59,377 bases of DNA, taken from the NCBI GenBank assembly GCA_964464905.1, contig CAYXHC010000002.1:1-59377 (forward strand), read 5' to 3'. This DNA comes from an uncultured Lachnospiraceae bacterium (GTDB lineage Bacteria > Bacillota > Clostridia > Oscillospirales > CAG-272). The notes beneath the pieces were generated by a model, which saw only the letters and a list, made by a program, of their open reading frames with translations, had not been told where the DNA came from and ran no database searches. This document shows positions 29,997-38,428 of the stretch, one piece after another; within the stretch, counting starts at the first letter, position 1; every line of letters begins with the position of its first letter. Both the position numbers and the translations under genes were made by a program.

Positions 29997-31067
29997 TTAT
30001 GCGTGTTTTTCAAGGTCCTCAGCGACCTTTCTGAAGCTTTCGTTGTCTCGTATGAAGTCAAATCTACCGTCAGCGAGAGACTGCAATCTGTTAGCACAGA
30101 CACTGCCCTTGTAATTTTTCACAACGCTGTCCGTTTTGTGCTTCATGCGGTTCATCATCGGCGCCGTGTAATCCATATCTTTCAGCTCAGCGGCGATAAC
30201 ACTGTACCATGCGCATTCTTCGAGTGCTTTTAACGTGTTTTCACTGTCGTTCATTTCCGCATACCTGAATGCGATCCCACAGTAGTAACGCGATAGATCG
30301 TAAGCGCCGAAGCCTACGTTGCCGTCTGAAAACAAACGCTTGAGTATGTCGATTGCAAATGTGTATGCTTCAATGGCTTCTTCGGGTGAAAATGGCGCTT
30401 TATAGATCATACCCGTTGCCGTCATCGCTGCCGTGCGGATAAGGGACATTATATAGCTCTGACAAGCTTCAACGCCCTCTTCTCCGTCAAGGATCGCACA
30501 TCTGAGATCATCCTTCGTCGTGTGAAAGGAGCCGCCCATATCGGCATAATACAGCGCCTTTTCCATGTCAATATTTTCATAGGTATAACATAGCAGCTGT
30601 ATGGCACTTTTTCTTTGTTCCGTGTCGTTTGATCTTTGCAAAAGCTCCTCTCCGAGAGCAATTATACGTTCCGCCTCTGCTTTTGGGCAGGGATACACCG
30701 CATCTCTGTTTATAGCTTGCATAAGTCCTTCGATAACACGGCAATCATTTGGAAATTCGGAATACGCCTTTTCCCATATTTCAAGGTTTTTCTGATTTTC
30801 ACCGTTTTGACGGCAGATCTTGCTTTGCCGCTGATATTCGGAGATCGTTTCCTCGATTCTTATTTGATCCACAGAAAGCAGTTCATCGATGGTTACGTCA
30901 AAGAAAAATGCTATTTTGGGCAGTAAGGTTATATCGGGAAAGCCTTCGCCTCGCTCCCACTTACCAACGGATTGAGGGGTGATTCCAAGATGGTTGGCAA
31001 GAGCTTCCTGTGTGATGCCTTTTCCGACTCTAAGTGAACGCAATTTGTCTTTTAAGTTGATGTCCAT
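29997..31067 (-). CDS. XRE-family HTH regulator, paralogue of 19559-20728
   Basis: 356 aa. The HTH reads ITQEALANHLGITPQSVGKWERGEGFPDITLLPKIAFFFDVTIDELL. Confidence 0.85.
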   Translation of the reverse strand: MDINLKDKLRSLRVGKGITQEALANHLGITPQSVGKWERGEGFPDITLLPKIAFFFDVTIDELLSVDQIRIEETISEYQRQSKICRQNGENQKNLEIWEKAYSEFPNDCRVIEGLMQAINRDAVYPCPKAEAERIIALGEELLQRSNDTEQRKSAIQLLCYTYENIDMEKALYYADMGGSFHTTKDDLRCAILDGEEGVEACQSYIMSLIRTAAMTATGMIYKAPFSPEEAIEAYTFAIDILKRLFSDGNVGFGAYDLSRYYCGIAFRYAEMNDSENTLKALEECAWYSVIAAELKDMDYTAPMMNRMKHKTDSVVKNYKGSVCANRLQSLADGRFDFIRDNESFRKVAEDLEKHA

Positions 31068-31195
31068 AGTATCACCTTCGTTTCGTAAAGTGTGATAAGC
31101 GCTTATCTTGATCCTATTATAGCAAACCTCCTACGTGCTTTCAAGAACCGCAAAGTTTACCGCAAGCGTGTTTTTACAACGGATAGTTGTGCGGC

Positions 31196-31232
31196 AAAAA
31201 GCCTCTGCGGAATATCTCCGCAGAGGCTTTTG
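31196..31232 (-). terminator. Terminator closing the phage-like cluster
   Basis: AAAAGCCTCTGCGGA(5-nt loop)TCCGCAGAGGCTTTT, directly after the stop at 31239. Confidence 0.85.
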
Positions 31233-31238
31233 CCGGGG

Positions 31239-31697
31239 TTACTTATTTTCGATCGTAAGCGTCAGATTTGCGGGAGTGATACGCCTGAGCATATCATAGA
31301 GAAGCCCTGCCTTTTCCTCCGACGCAAGCGAAACGCTCACGGAAAGGGAACACGCTCCCGCGTCCGCAACAACCGAATAGCCGTTCTTGCCGCATAAAAC
31401 GTCAAGCTTTCGCTTGAGATTTCGCATAGTGAAGGGAAGCTCGCCTGCCGTCATCGTCATAAGCCGGAATCTGCGTTCGTCCTCGGTCTCGGAGCTTTTC
31501 GGCATCACTCCGTATTGCTTTTCGTGCCGCTTCAGCCAATCTCCTTTGGCAGTGTTCACGAAGAAGCCGTCGAGCATTCCGCCCACGTCCTCGTATGCTG
31601 CGGCAATAAATGTATCCACCACGTCTCCGATGGCGCAAAACTCACGTATCTCCGAAAATATGGGCGGTAAATAGGAAAGGTAGCTTTTTTGCATCAA
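31239..31697 (-). CDS. Baseplate-associated protein, DUF2313/XkdU(YmfQ)-like
   Basis: 152 aa with YLPPIFSEIREF...FFVNTAKGDWLKRHEKQYGV...ERRFRL, which matches the family pattern. Follows the baseplate J gene. Confidence 0.6.
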   Translation of the reverse strand: MMQKSYLSYLPPIFSEIREFCAIGDVVDTFIAAAYEDVGGMLDGFFVNTAKGDWLKRHEKQYGVMPKSSETEDERRFRLMTMTAGELPFTMRNLKRKLDVLCGKNGYSVVADAGACSLSVSVSLASEEKAGLLYDMLRRITPANLTLTIENK

Positions 31698-32785
31698 AGC
31701 ACCGTCACCTCCTTGAAAACGGGAACGTGATCCTCACCAAGCGTGATGTTACCGGTAACGTATGTGCCGTCGGAAACGGAATAAAACCTGGTGTTCGTAA
31801 CGTCGTCAACGCAACCGGAAGCGAGGATGTAGCTTTCAAGCTGTGAGATGCGAAGAACGGGAACCTCCGTCACTTCCCATTTTGACGCAACGGAATCGAT
31901 GTAAGTCTTAACCGCATCCGTAATGTAAGGCGCCGCCGTGTCAGCGTCCCATCCGTTGGCAAAGGTAAGCTTCGTTTCAACGGAAACGGGATATTCGGTC
32001 GCCCCCGTAACCGTTACCTTGTGACCGACGGGGGCAACTCCTGCGCCCTCACCGGAGTACATATCGGGATCGAGAAGTGATTTTACAGCAGAGATAACGT
32101 AAGCCGAAGGCGCACCTCCGTGAACTGCCTGAAGCACTATTTTGACAGTTCCGCCTCCGTTCCAGGCTGGATGCACCTTCACACCGCCAACTCCATCAAC
32201 AGCCTTTACGGAGTTGATGTAATCTGCCTTGTTGCCCCCGTAAGAAACGTTTGTCAACGCCGTGGAAACACGCTCTCGAAGTGAGTCGGTGTCTTCTTCG
32301 TCCGCGCCTCTGTAAATGACGGAGATGGCTTTTGATACGGACAGTCCCTCAATATAAGAAAGCGGGATCAGGTCGCCGGAAGTTCTGAGCGCAGGCTTTG
32401 ATCCTGCAGTGTCACACGTCAGCTCGTAAATGTAATAACCTGCTGACGAGTAAACAGCGTCGCCGCGGCTGTATGTGTATTCGTTGAGCGAGAATTTCGC
32501 CCCATCGGGGATCGCAACGTTGAATTGACCGTTTATACGGGTGTACGTTGCAGGCTCACGCTTGATCCCGAGGATCGAAGCGTGATGCAAAAGCGCGGTC
32601 TCGGATGCAGAATCTGGGAAGACGTCGTTGGCTATGCCGTCACAGAGTGAGTATAGCTTGGCGAGCTCCGCTGCCACCGGAGCAACCGCATCGTAAAAGA
32701 TAGAGCCGCATGCCGTGTCAATGTCATCGGGCGCGGCGGCAAGCATATCGCAGAGAATGTTCTCAAAGCTTTTGTTTTCAAACAT
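31694..32785 (-). CDS. Baseplate J-like protein (XkdT-like)
   Basis: 363 aa with an N-terminal GSIFYDAVAPVAAELAKLY...ALLHHASILGIKREPAT pattern. Confidence 0.8.
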   Translation of the reverse strand: MFENKSFENILCDMLAAAPDDIDTACGSIFYDAVAPVAAELAKLYSLCDGIANDVFPDSASETALLHHASILGIKREPATYTRINGQFNVAIPDGAKFSLNEYTYSRGDAVYSSAGYYIYELTCDTAGSKPALRTSGDLIPLSYIEGLSVSKAISVIYRGADEEDTDSLRERVSTALTNVSYGGNKADYINSVKAVDGVGGVKVHPAWNGGGTVKIVLQAVHGGAPSAYVISAVKSLLDPDMYSGEGAGVAPVGHKVTVTGATEYPVSVETKLTFANGWDADTAAPYITDAVKTYIDSVASKWEVTEVPVLRISQLESYILASGCVDDVTNTRFYSVSDGTYVTGNITLGEDHVPVFKEVTVL

Positions 32786-33131
32786 TAAAGACCTCCGTTA
32801 ATGTTTTTTGATTTTCGTGTGTATTCAGATGTACCGTCAGCTTTAGGATACCTTCGTCGAAGACGGCAGATATATCCGATACCTTAAAGTCATCTCCGCA
32901 GCGTTTCTCCACCTCCTCGGTGATCTGCCGTTTGAGCATCGAAACCGCGTAAGGTATGCGCGCGGAATAAAGAATTCTGCGTGATATGCCATAGGATCTG
33001 TCATAAATAGGGTGTTCGCCGCGTTCTGTTTCGAGCATTAAAAATATGTTGAGAAGTCCTGCGTCAATACCTGAGACGGTCCCCGCAAGACGGAATCCGT
33101 CGCCGTCTTTGATCAGTGAATATGTCTTCAT
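32778..33131 (-). CDS. Baseplate wedge protein, XkdS/DUF2634 (gp25-like)
   Basis: 117 aa. Assigned from size and its position between the XkdR-like and baseplate J genes. Confidence 0.5.
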   Translation of the reverse strand: MKTYSLIKDGDGFRLAGTVSGIDAGLLNIFLMLETERGEHPIYDRSYGISRRILYSARIPYAVSMLKRQITEEVEKRCGDDFKVSDISAVFDEGILKLTVHLNTHENQKTLTEVFNV

Positions 33132-33150
33132 TTATATGTGTTCCTTTCAT

Positions 33151-33444
33151 TCAATCACCGATAACACCAACGATAAGATATTTTTCGCCGCCAACGGCAC
33201 GGAACATAACGACCTTCGCTCCTGCTGTAAGCTTGTCGCGGAAGGATACCGTTCCTTCAACACCGTCTACGAGCGCGGCTTCATCACTGCCGGTGACGTG
33301 CTTCGGAACGATGATACGCGGCTCAGTTACGATAAGAGTCGGATCGATGCGAACCGATAAAGGTGAAGTGCTGCTGACGGTTCCGCAGATAATATCGGCT
33401 GAGATTTCGTTTTTATCGATTACGTCTGTTCGTTTGCTTTGCAT
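33151..33444 (-). CDS. XkdR/DUF2577-like baseplate protein
   Basis: 97 aa ending FRAVGGEKYLIVGVIGD, typical of this family. Syntenic position. Confidence 0.5.
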   Translation of the reverse strand: MQSKRTDVIDKNEISADIICGTVSSTSPLSVRIDPTLIVTEPRIIVPKHVTGSDEAALVDGVEGTVSFRDKLTAGAKVVMFRAVGGEKYLIVGVIGD

Positions 33445-33456
33445 AATCAGTCTCCT

Positions 33457-34362
33457 TTACACGGATGAGAGCGTAAGCTTCGCTGATGAACCGTAAAGGC
33501 CGTATATCAACTCCGACTCTTCACATATCATACGCTTTTTTTCGTCACCTATCAGAACATCAACGGCAGCACCGCTGCGGATCGGCATAACGAGATCGAT
33601 AGTCTCACACTTGACAGTCGTAAGCGGAAGAGCAGACGAAGAGAGTATTCCGGTGCCGGTAGCCGTCGCGTTTTCAACGAATGATAAAGTTCCGAGATAT
33701 GACAGATGTCCGTATCTTGCAATTGAGCCGTCATCCCTGAACTGATGATAAACACGCCCGTTTTCAGTAGCTTCTATAAGAGAAACGTCATTGTAAACGT
33801 TTTCGTCAATGCTTTCGGTCACGGTAAATTCACGGCATATATGAGGATATATGGCGATCCCCTGATTAAGCGAATCAGCGTCGGACAGACATATCTTGCC
33901 GAAGTCGTCGTATAAAACGTAGTCGCCATAGCCTGCCAAAGACGTAAGCGACAGCGCATTTCCGATTATGGAAAATAGCTCGCGTCCGTCGTCGATCTGC
34001 GCGCTTATCTTCATTCTTGTGTCAGCTATCACGCCCGTTGGGATCCCGTAGCCGTTACAAAGTATAGTCAGAAGCTCGCCTGCGGTCTTGTCACTGTACA
34101 GTATCGTCGTCTTGTTTTTGAAATATCGCAAAAGATCATAGGCGAGACATTCGTATCCGCTGTTCGTTTTAGAAACCGTGAATACCGTTCCCTTGAAAAT
34201 GCTTTTGCCTTCTCCATAGAATATTACGCTGTCTCCGACAGCCACCTTGTCAAGAGACTTGAAAGTGAATCTGCCCGGATTCAGTCCGCGTCGGGTATTG
34301 TAGCAGGCATCTCCGGACTGAATAACAGGGCTTCCGTTTATATATAGCGCCGATCTTTTCAA
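33457..34362 (-). CDS. XkdQ/YqbQ-like baseplate hub protein (gpD-like)
   Basis: The conserved body carries ECLAYDLLRYFKN...AGELLTILCNGYGI. A TTG start was chosen, overlapping the upstream TGA (TTGA) and following a GAGGTG RBS. The ORF-track ATG at 34473 lies inside the upstream gene. Confidence 0.6.
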   Translation of the reverse strand: MKRSALYINGSPVIQSGDACYNTRRGLNPGRFTFKSLDKVAVGDSVIFYGEGKSIFKGTVFTVSKTNSGYECLAYDLLRYFKNKTTILYSDKTAGELLTILCNGYGIPTGVIADTRMKISAQIDDGRELFSIIGNALSLTSLAGYGDYVLYDDFGKICLSDADSLNQGIAIYPHICREFTVTESIDENVYNDVSLIEATENGRVYHQFRDDGSIARYGHLSYLGTLSFVENATATGTGILSSSALPLTTVKCETIDLVMPIRSGAAVDVLIGDEKKRMICEESELIYGLYGSSAKLTLSSV

Positions 34363-34775
34363 CCTGACACCTCTGCCGTTTTGTAACGACGGGCTTTGAT
34401 AGTTACTGTTACGCCGCCCTCGTGATAAACGCTCATCATCTCTTCCGAAATGACCGTCATGTTTATGTCGCATATAACTCGGTCCTCATCGTCAACTCCC
34501 AAAAGCACGAGCTCAAAGGGAACTGCCAAGCGTGACATAAAGTGATCACTTACAAGATCGGGAGTGACAAGTACGCTGTCACCGTATACGTGTTCGGACG
34601 GAGCATCGGATACCGTAAGCTCAAGAGAAATTTTTACGGGTGCAGCAGGTGTGGCAAAAACGTGATAGCTCCCGTCCGAGATCGTTATGTAGTCAGAACC
34701 TCCTTCGGAAATGACGGATACAGATGACGGTGGCATAGGCATAAGAGTGCCGTCAATGTAAAGATAAAGCTTCAT
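34359..34775 (-). CDS. XkdP-position tail/baseplate protein without a recognisable LysM domain
   Basis: 138 aa. The pattern LPMPPSSVSV...ISLELT...PFELVLLG...MTVISEE...VTVTIKARRYK resembles, from memory, proteins found just upstream of XkdQ in clostridial myophage tails. Confidence 0.4.
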   Translation of the reverse strand: MKLYLYIDGTLMPMPPSSVSVISEGGSDYITISDGSYHVFATPAAPVKISLELTVSDAPSEHVYGDSVLVTPDLVSDHFMSRLAVPFELVLLGVDDEDRVICDINMTVISEEMMSVYHEGGVTVTIKARRYKTAEVSG

Positions 34776-34842
34776 CGTGTCCTCCTTTTACACGCATCGT
34801 GCGTAGAAATAGATATTTAATGATCTTCATAAAGCCTCCGTT

Positions 34843-36036
34843 TTATAGAGATGCAGATATCATAATTCCGTTAGGACGCGAGATGTGTGCATCTGTGACC
34901 GATACAGATACAGCACCGCCTTCATCGGCGGAAACCGAAACCGTAGGCGCAGTTGAAGATATACCGTATCTGCAATAAAGCTCCGAAAGTGAATCAGCAA
35001 TATCCTTTTGCAGATAAGAAACTCCTGCACCATTGGCTCGAACCACGCCAAGATAGCGATCATTGAAAATGCCGTTTATCCTGCGCAGCATTTCATCTTT
35101 CAGTCTCACCTTAAAATTGTCGGCAAGCTTGGTATCCTCGGAGCTGTTATTATCCCTGATAACGTAAGCGTCGCCGTTTGTGTAGGCAAGAACGAGCCTG
35201 TTGTAAGGCACCGTGGCTGCAGCATGCTCGTTGTCAAAGGCGGCGGGATCAAAGGAGCCTTCGTATCTTTCTCCTACAGCGCTTCGGTAAAATGGAAGAC
35301 TCGCCAGAAGACCGGCAATATAATATATCGCTCCTCTGTCACCGCCGCAGCAGGCAACCGACGTGATCGCAGCGGAGCCGGGTGCTGAGATCTCAGCCGC
35401 AGTGACTCCCTTTATAGTTCCGCCGTTACCGCGAATATCTTCGATGAAATCCGAAAATACGGCAACGATCGGCGCACTCGTTTCACCGGATACGATAATA
35501 TCAGACGTTACCGTAGACAATGTGTCAAGACACTCTTTGTAGTTGAATTCATTTATGATCATATCCTGCCCGCCCGTGAAAGGAATGCCAGACGTAATAA
35601 ATATCTCTGAATCGTAAAATATAACGTAATCGTTATCGGCAGGACGGCAGCCGCTCGGTACGCTCTGATCGTCAACGATAGCACCGTCAACGTAAGTCGT
35701 GATCAAAAAAACGCCGTCGGTTTCCTTGACACTGACGGTTATTCTGTTGCCGGAGGTGCCCTTGTATTTTGCGCGCCCGATAACTGATATGGCGTATTCG
35801 CCTCCGTGAGGGCGGCAACAGTAAACGCGCGAGGCTCTTTTCAGTATATCGGAAAGAGCGTCTCTCGCAGTATCGCTGAATAAACGCTGACTTTTAAGCG
35901 CGAAAGGATCGGTGAATTCTATGATCTCACCCGAAGGACCCCATCCGGTGTCAAGAACGACCGAAACGGTTCCGTTTCGTGCGTTATGTCCAATAATAAG
36001 ATCCGATACTTTTGTTTTCGATCCGTAAATATCCAT
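34843..36036 (-). CDS. Contractile tail sheath protein
   Basis: Sheath-like blocks: AKYKGTSGNRITVSV, YYIAGLLASLPFYRS, GDAYVIRDNNS and FKVRLKDEMLRRI...DRYLG. ATG at 36036 follows GAGGTG; the ORF-track TTG is at 36051. Confidence 0.7.
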   Translation of the reverse strand: MDIYGSKTKVSDLIIGHNARNGTVSVVLDTGWGPSGEIIEFTDPFALKSQRLFSDTARDALSDILKRASRVYCCRPHGGEYAISVIGRAKYKGTSGNRITVSVKETDGVFLITTYVDGAIVDDQSVPSGCRPADNDYVIFYDSEIFITSGIPFTGGQDMIINEFNYKECLDTLSTVTSDIIVSGETSAPIVAVFSDFIEDIRGNGGTIKGVTAAEISAPGSAAITSVACCGGDRGAIYYIAGLLASLPFYRSAVGERYEGSFDPAAFDNEHAAATVPYNRLVLAYTNGDAYVIRDNNSSEDTKLADNFKVRLKDEMLRRINGIFNDRYLGVVRANGAGVSYLQKDIADSLSELYCRYGISSTAPTVSVSADEGGAVSVSVTDAHISRPNGIMISASL

Positions 36037-36043
36037 TTTCACC

Positions 36044-36460
36044 TCAGCCAAGCGTTATTTTTACGTCAACGGACGCCATCGTGATGGGACTTTCGCCGTT
36101 GCTGCCGTATTCGAAAAAGAGCGACGGAAACGAATAAGCGGCTGTTACATCAAAATACCGTCCGCAATGACGGCACTCGTACTTCTGTACGGTCAGTTCC
36201 CGACCGCCAAGCGTGATCCGTCCGATAGCATTGAGTATACCTCCATCGTCACCGAGCATCATATCCGGTGAAAAATATCGGATCCTGAAAGACACCGTGC
36301 ATTCACCGCTGCCATCGGAGTATATTTTATCCGTCGAAAGAAAAAGCGTCCCCTCTGGAGCATCGGCAGGTATTGCACCTGCCGATGTGATAACGCTTGA
36401 TAACGTTGAAAGAGAATTTTTTAAAGCACTGAAAAAGCCGTAATCAGCGTCTCTTTTCAC
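36044..36460 (-). CDS. Hypothetical neck / tail-terminator candidate
   Basis: 138 aa. GTG start overlaps the upstream stop (GTGA) and follows AGGAGG. Assigned by position only, between the adaptor and the sheath. Confidence 0.35.
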   Translation of the reverse strand: MKRDADYGFFSALKNSLSTLSSVITSAGAIPADAPEGTLFLSTDKIYSDGSGECTVSFRIRYFSPDMMLGDDGGILNAIGRITLGGRELTVQKYECRHCGRYFDVTAAYSFPSLFFEYGSNGESPITMASVDVKITLG

Positions 36461-36837
36461 CAGCGTATCCTCCTGTATTTTTTCGCTCTGTCAAGACCGC
36501 GGCAGCGCATTTTGCCACACGCTGAAAGCTTGCGTTCAAGCTCCGTCGTGCCGGATGCGTATTTGAGCGAAAGATCACCGTCGCTTTTCGAGGTGACGGC
36601 TCCCTTTGCACCACCGTCGCCAAGAAGGGACGCTTCTGCATAATCGGCAGCCGAAATATCGGCAACAGACTCCAGAAGCTCGTCGGGCAATGTCTCTATC
36701 GCGCAAATAAGCAGTATCTCATCCGTAACGGAATCAATGATGGTATCAAGTATGCCCAGATCACATTCGCGGGGAGAGATGTGAAGGGAGATAAGCCGTT
36801 TTTCTATCCCCGCTTTTATCTTTCCGCGATAGTTCAT
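36457..36837 (-). CDS. Head-tail adaptor (gp6-like connector) candidate
   Basis: 126 aa, immediately after the capsid gene (TGATG overlap). Has the acidic helical N-terminus typical of adaptors. Confidence 0.45.
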   Translation of the reverse strand: MNYRGKIKAGIEKRLISLHISPRECDLGILDTIIDSVTDEILLICAIETLPDELLESVADISAADYAEASLLGDGGAKGAVTSKSDGDLSLKYASGTTELERKLSACGKMRCRGLDRAKKYRRIRW

Positions 36838-37874
36838 CAGCCGAGAGATATGATACGCGCAACGGGAATGAGCTTTTCGTCGATAACATCGCCGTTTTCG
36901 CTGGTGGCAAGCTCCCAGTTGGCGCCGTCGGAAAGTTCATCGTTGGTGGGGGAAAGCGTCGCCTGAGAGGACTTCACGTAGTCGAAGCCGAAGGGGTGAA
37001 GTACCTTGCGCTGACGGGAATAGAGAATGTCACAGCCGCCTTCCTCAGCGGGAGAACGATGCATCTCGTAGGGCACCTTTGCGCCGATGTTTTCGTAGAA
37101 GAAAGCACCCTCGCCAAGCGCGTAGGTGGTGTATACCGTGTTGCCGTCGCCGTCCTTTGATACGGGGAGACTGTCCGTAATAATGACGGACTTGCCGTTC
37201 CATGTGCCGATCGAAAGATCACGGGTGATACCGTCTTTGTCAGTGTAGGTGAGATAATTCATGAGCTGAAGATTCTCAAGGTTGGTTGCAACGGCGGAGT
37301 GCATAAGTACGGCACGGAACTTGCCCTTTGCAGAGCCGCAAGCGCGCTGGATCGCCGCGTTGAGAGAGGTGGCGCTGATCTGGGGGATCTCCTCGCCGGT
37401 AATATCGTAGGTGTGGGCGTCAACGAAATCAGCCTTCGCTTCATCGCCGCCATCGGCAAACATACCGCTGAGAATGGAGAGAAGAGTTGCTTCGTCAACC
37501 TCCTCCCAGTATTCCGCAACCTGCTCGGCAACGGTGTCCATATAGTCAACGCCCGCAATGTCACAAGCAAAATCGCGCTCGCTCCATGCGTTTGCGCGGC
37601 CGATCACCACGGCGCCGAACTCGTAACACGGAGTTTTCTGAGGAGTGATGTCACCAACACCGTCATAGTTCTGAGCAACGCCTGAAATCGCGCCGTAAAG
37701 AGGTACCTTGGCGTAAGCAGCATTGCCTGCACCGCGGAAAAGGGAACGGATCTCGCTGTTGCCGACGAAAACTCGGCGAGCAAGCAGCTCTCTCGTCTTC
37801 AAGGTAGGTACACGGCCAACGTAATCGCCGAATACTGCCGAATCAAAAATTTTAGAATCAAACTGTCCCTGCAT
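36837..37874 (-). CDS. Major capsid protein
   Basis: About 345 aa, following the scaffold gene. The start at 37874 (MQGQFD...) follows a GGAGA RBS; the ORF-track start at 37898 lacks one. Confidence 0.7.
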   Translation of the reverse strand: MQGQFDSKIFDSAVFGDYVGRVPTLKTRELLARRVFVGNSEIRSLFRGAGNAAYAKVPLYGAISGVAQNYDGVGDITPQKTPCYEFGAVVIGRANAWSERDFACDIAGVDYMDTVAEQVAEYWEEVDEATLLSILSGMFADGGDEAKADFVDAHTYDITGEEIPQISATSLNAAIQRACGSAKGKFRAVLMHSAVATNLENLQLMNYLTYTDKDGITRDLSIGTWNGKSVIITDSLPVSKDGDGNTVYTTYALGEGAFFYENIGAKVPYEMHRSPAEEGGCDILYSRQRKVLHPFGFDYVKSSQATLSPTNDELSDGANWELATSENGDVIDEKLIPVARIISLG

Positions 37875-37962
37875 ATATTTCTCCATTCTGCCGTTCATAA
37901 CGGCATAAAATTTATTTAGTATGTAATTAATTTCGCGGTCGCATTATCAAGCGTTCCGCAGA

Positions 37963-38382
37963 TCATTTGTACAGTCTCATATATTCGCTGTATGAAAGCT
38001 CTCCCGTATCGGAGATATCATCAGAAGCCTCAACGGGAGAGATCCCCACGAAGGTGTATACCGTCGTCTCGTTCTTCGTCTCGTCGCTCCCGAAAAGAAA
38101 GGGCATACTATCTTTAAGAGATGACACCGCCTCGGAAAGACCTGACGGTGTCCCGTCAAAGTCCTCACCGTCCCATTCGTAGCCAAGCACAGCAGAGGCA
38201 GCGCGGGTGTTTCGTGCACCGGCGCGCTCCAGCGCGCTTTCAACGGCAAAGCGGTATTTATCCTCAAGACGTCGTCTTTCGTAATCAGAGGTCACGGTGT
38301 CTAACTCCTCGGATAAGGCTGCAAGTATAATTTCTGCGTTGGCAGGCTCAATGCCAAGATCAATCAAAAAATCAATATTCAT
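37963..38382 (-). CDS. Capsid scaffolding protein
   Basis: About 139 aa, acidic and helical, lying between the portal and capsid genes. ATG at 38382 follows AAAGGAG. Confidence 0.5.
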   Translation of the reverse strand: MNIDFLIDLGIEPANAEIILAALSEELDTVTSDYERRRLEDKYRFAVESALERAGARNTRAASAVLGYEWDGEDFDGTPSGLSEAVSSLKDSMPFLFGSDETKNETTVYTFVGISPVEASDDISDTGELSYSEYMRLYK

Positions 38383-38428
38383 TAATAGGCTCCTTTTAGT
38401 GAAAATCAACTTGTATCACGGTGTAATT

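Noticed and set aside
31067-31239. Search for att-type direct repeats or integrase remnants at the borders of the phage-like block (also 42271-42573).
   Set aside because: No integrase-like ORF and no convincing shared direct repeat could be found by eye. A computational repeat search is still needed, so absence is not proven.
34754-34830. 25-codon ORF (MKIIKYLFLRTMRVKGGHDEALSLH) in the sheath/XkdP-like gap.
   Set aside because: It is too short and overlaps the RBS and start of the next gene. It is kept only as context for the missing-tube observation and is not called as a gene.
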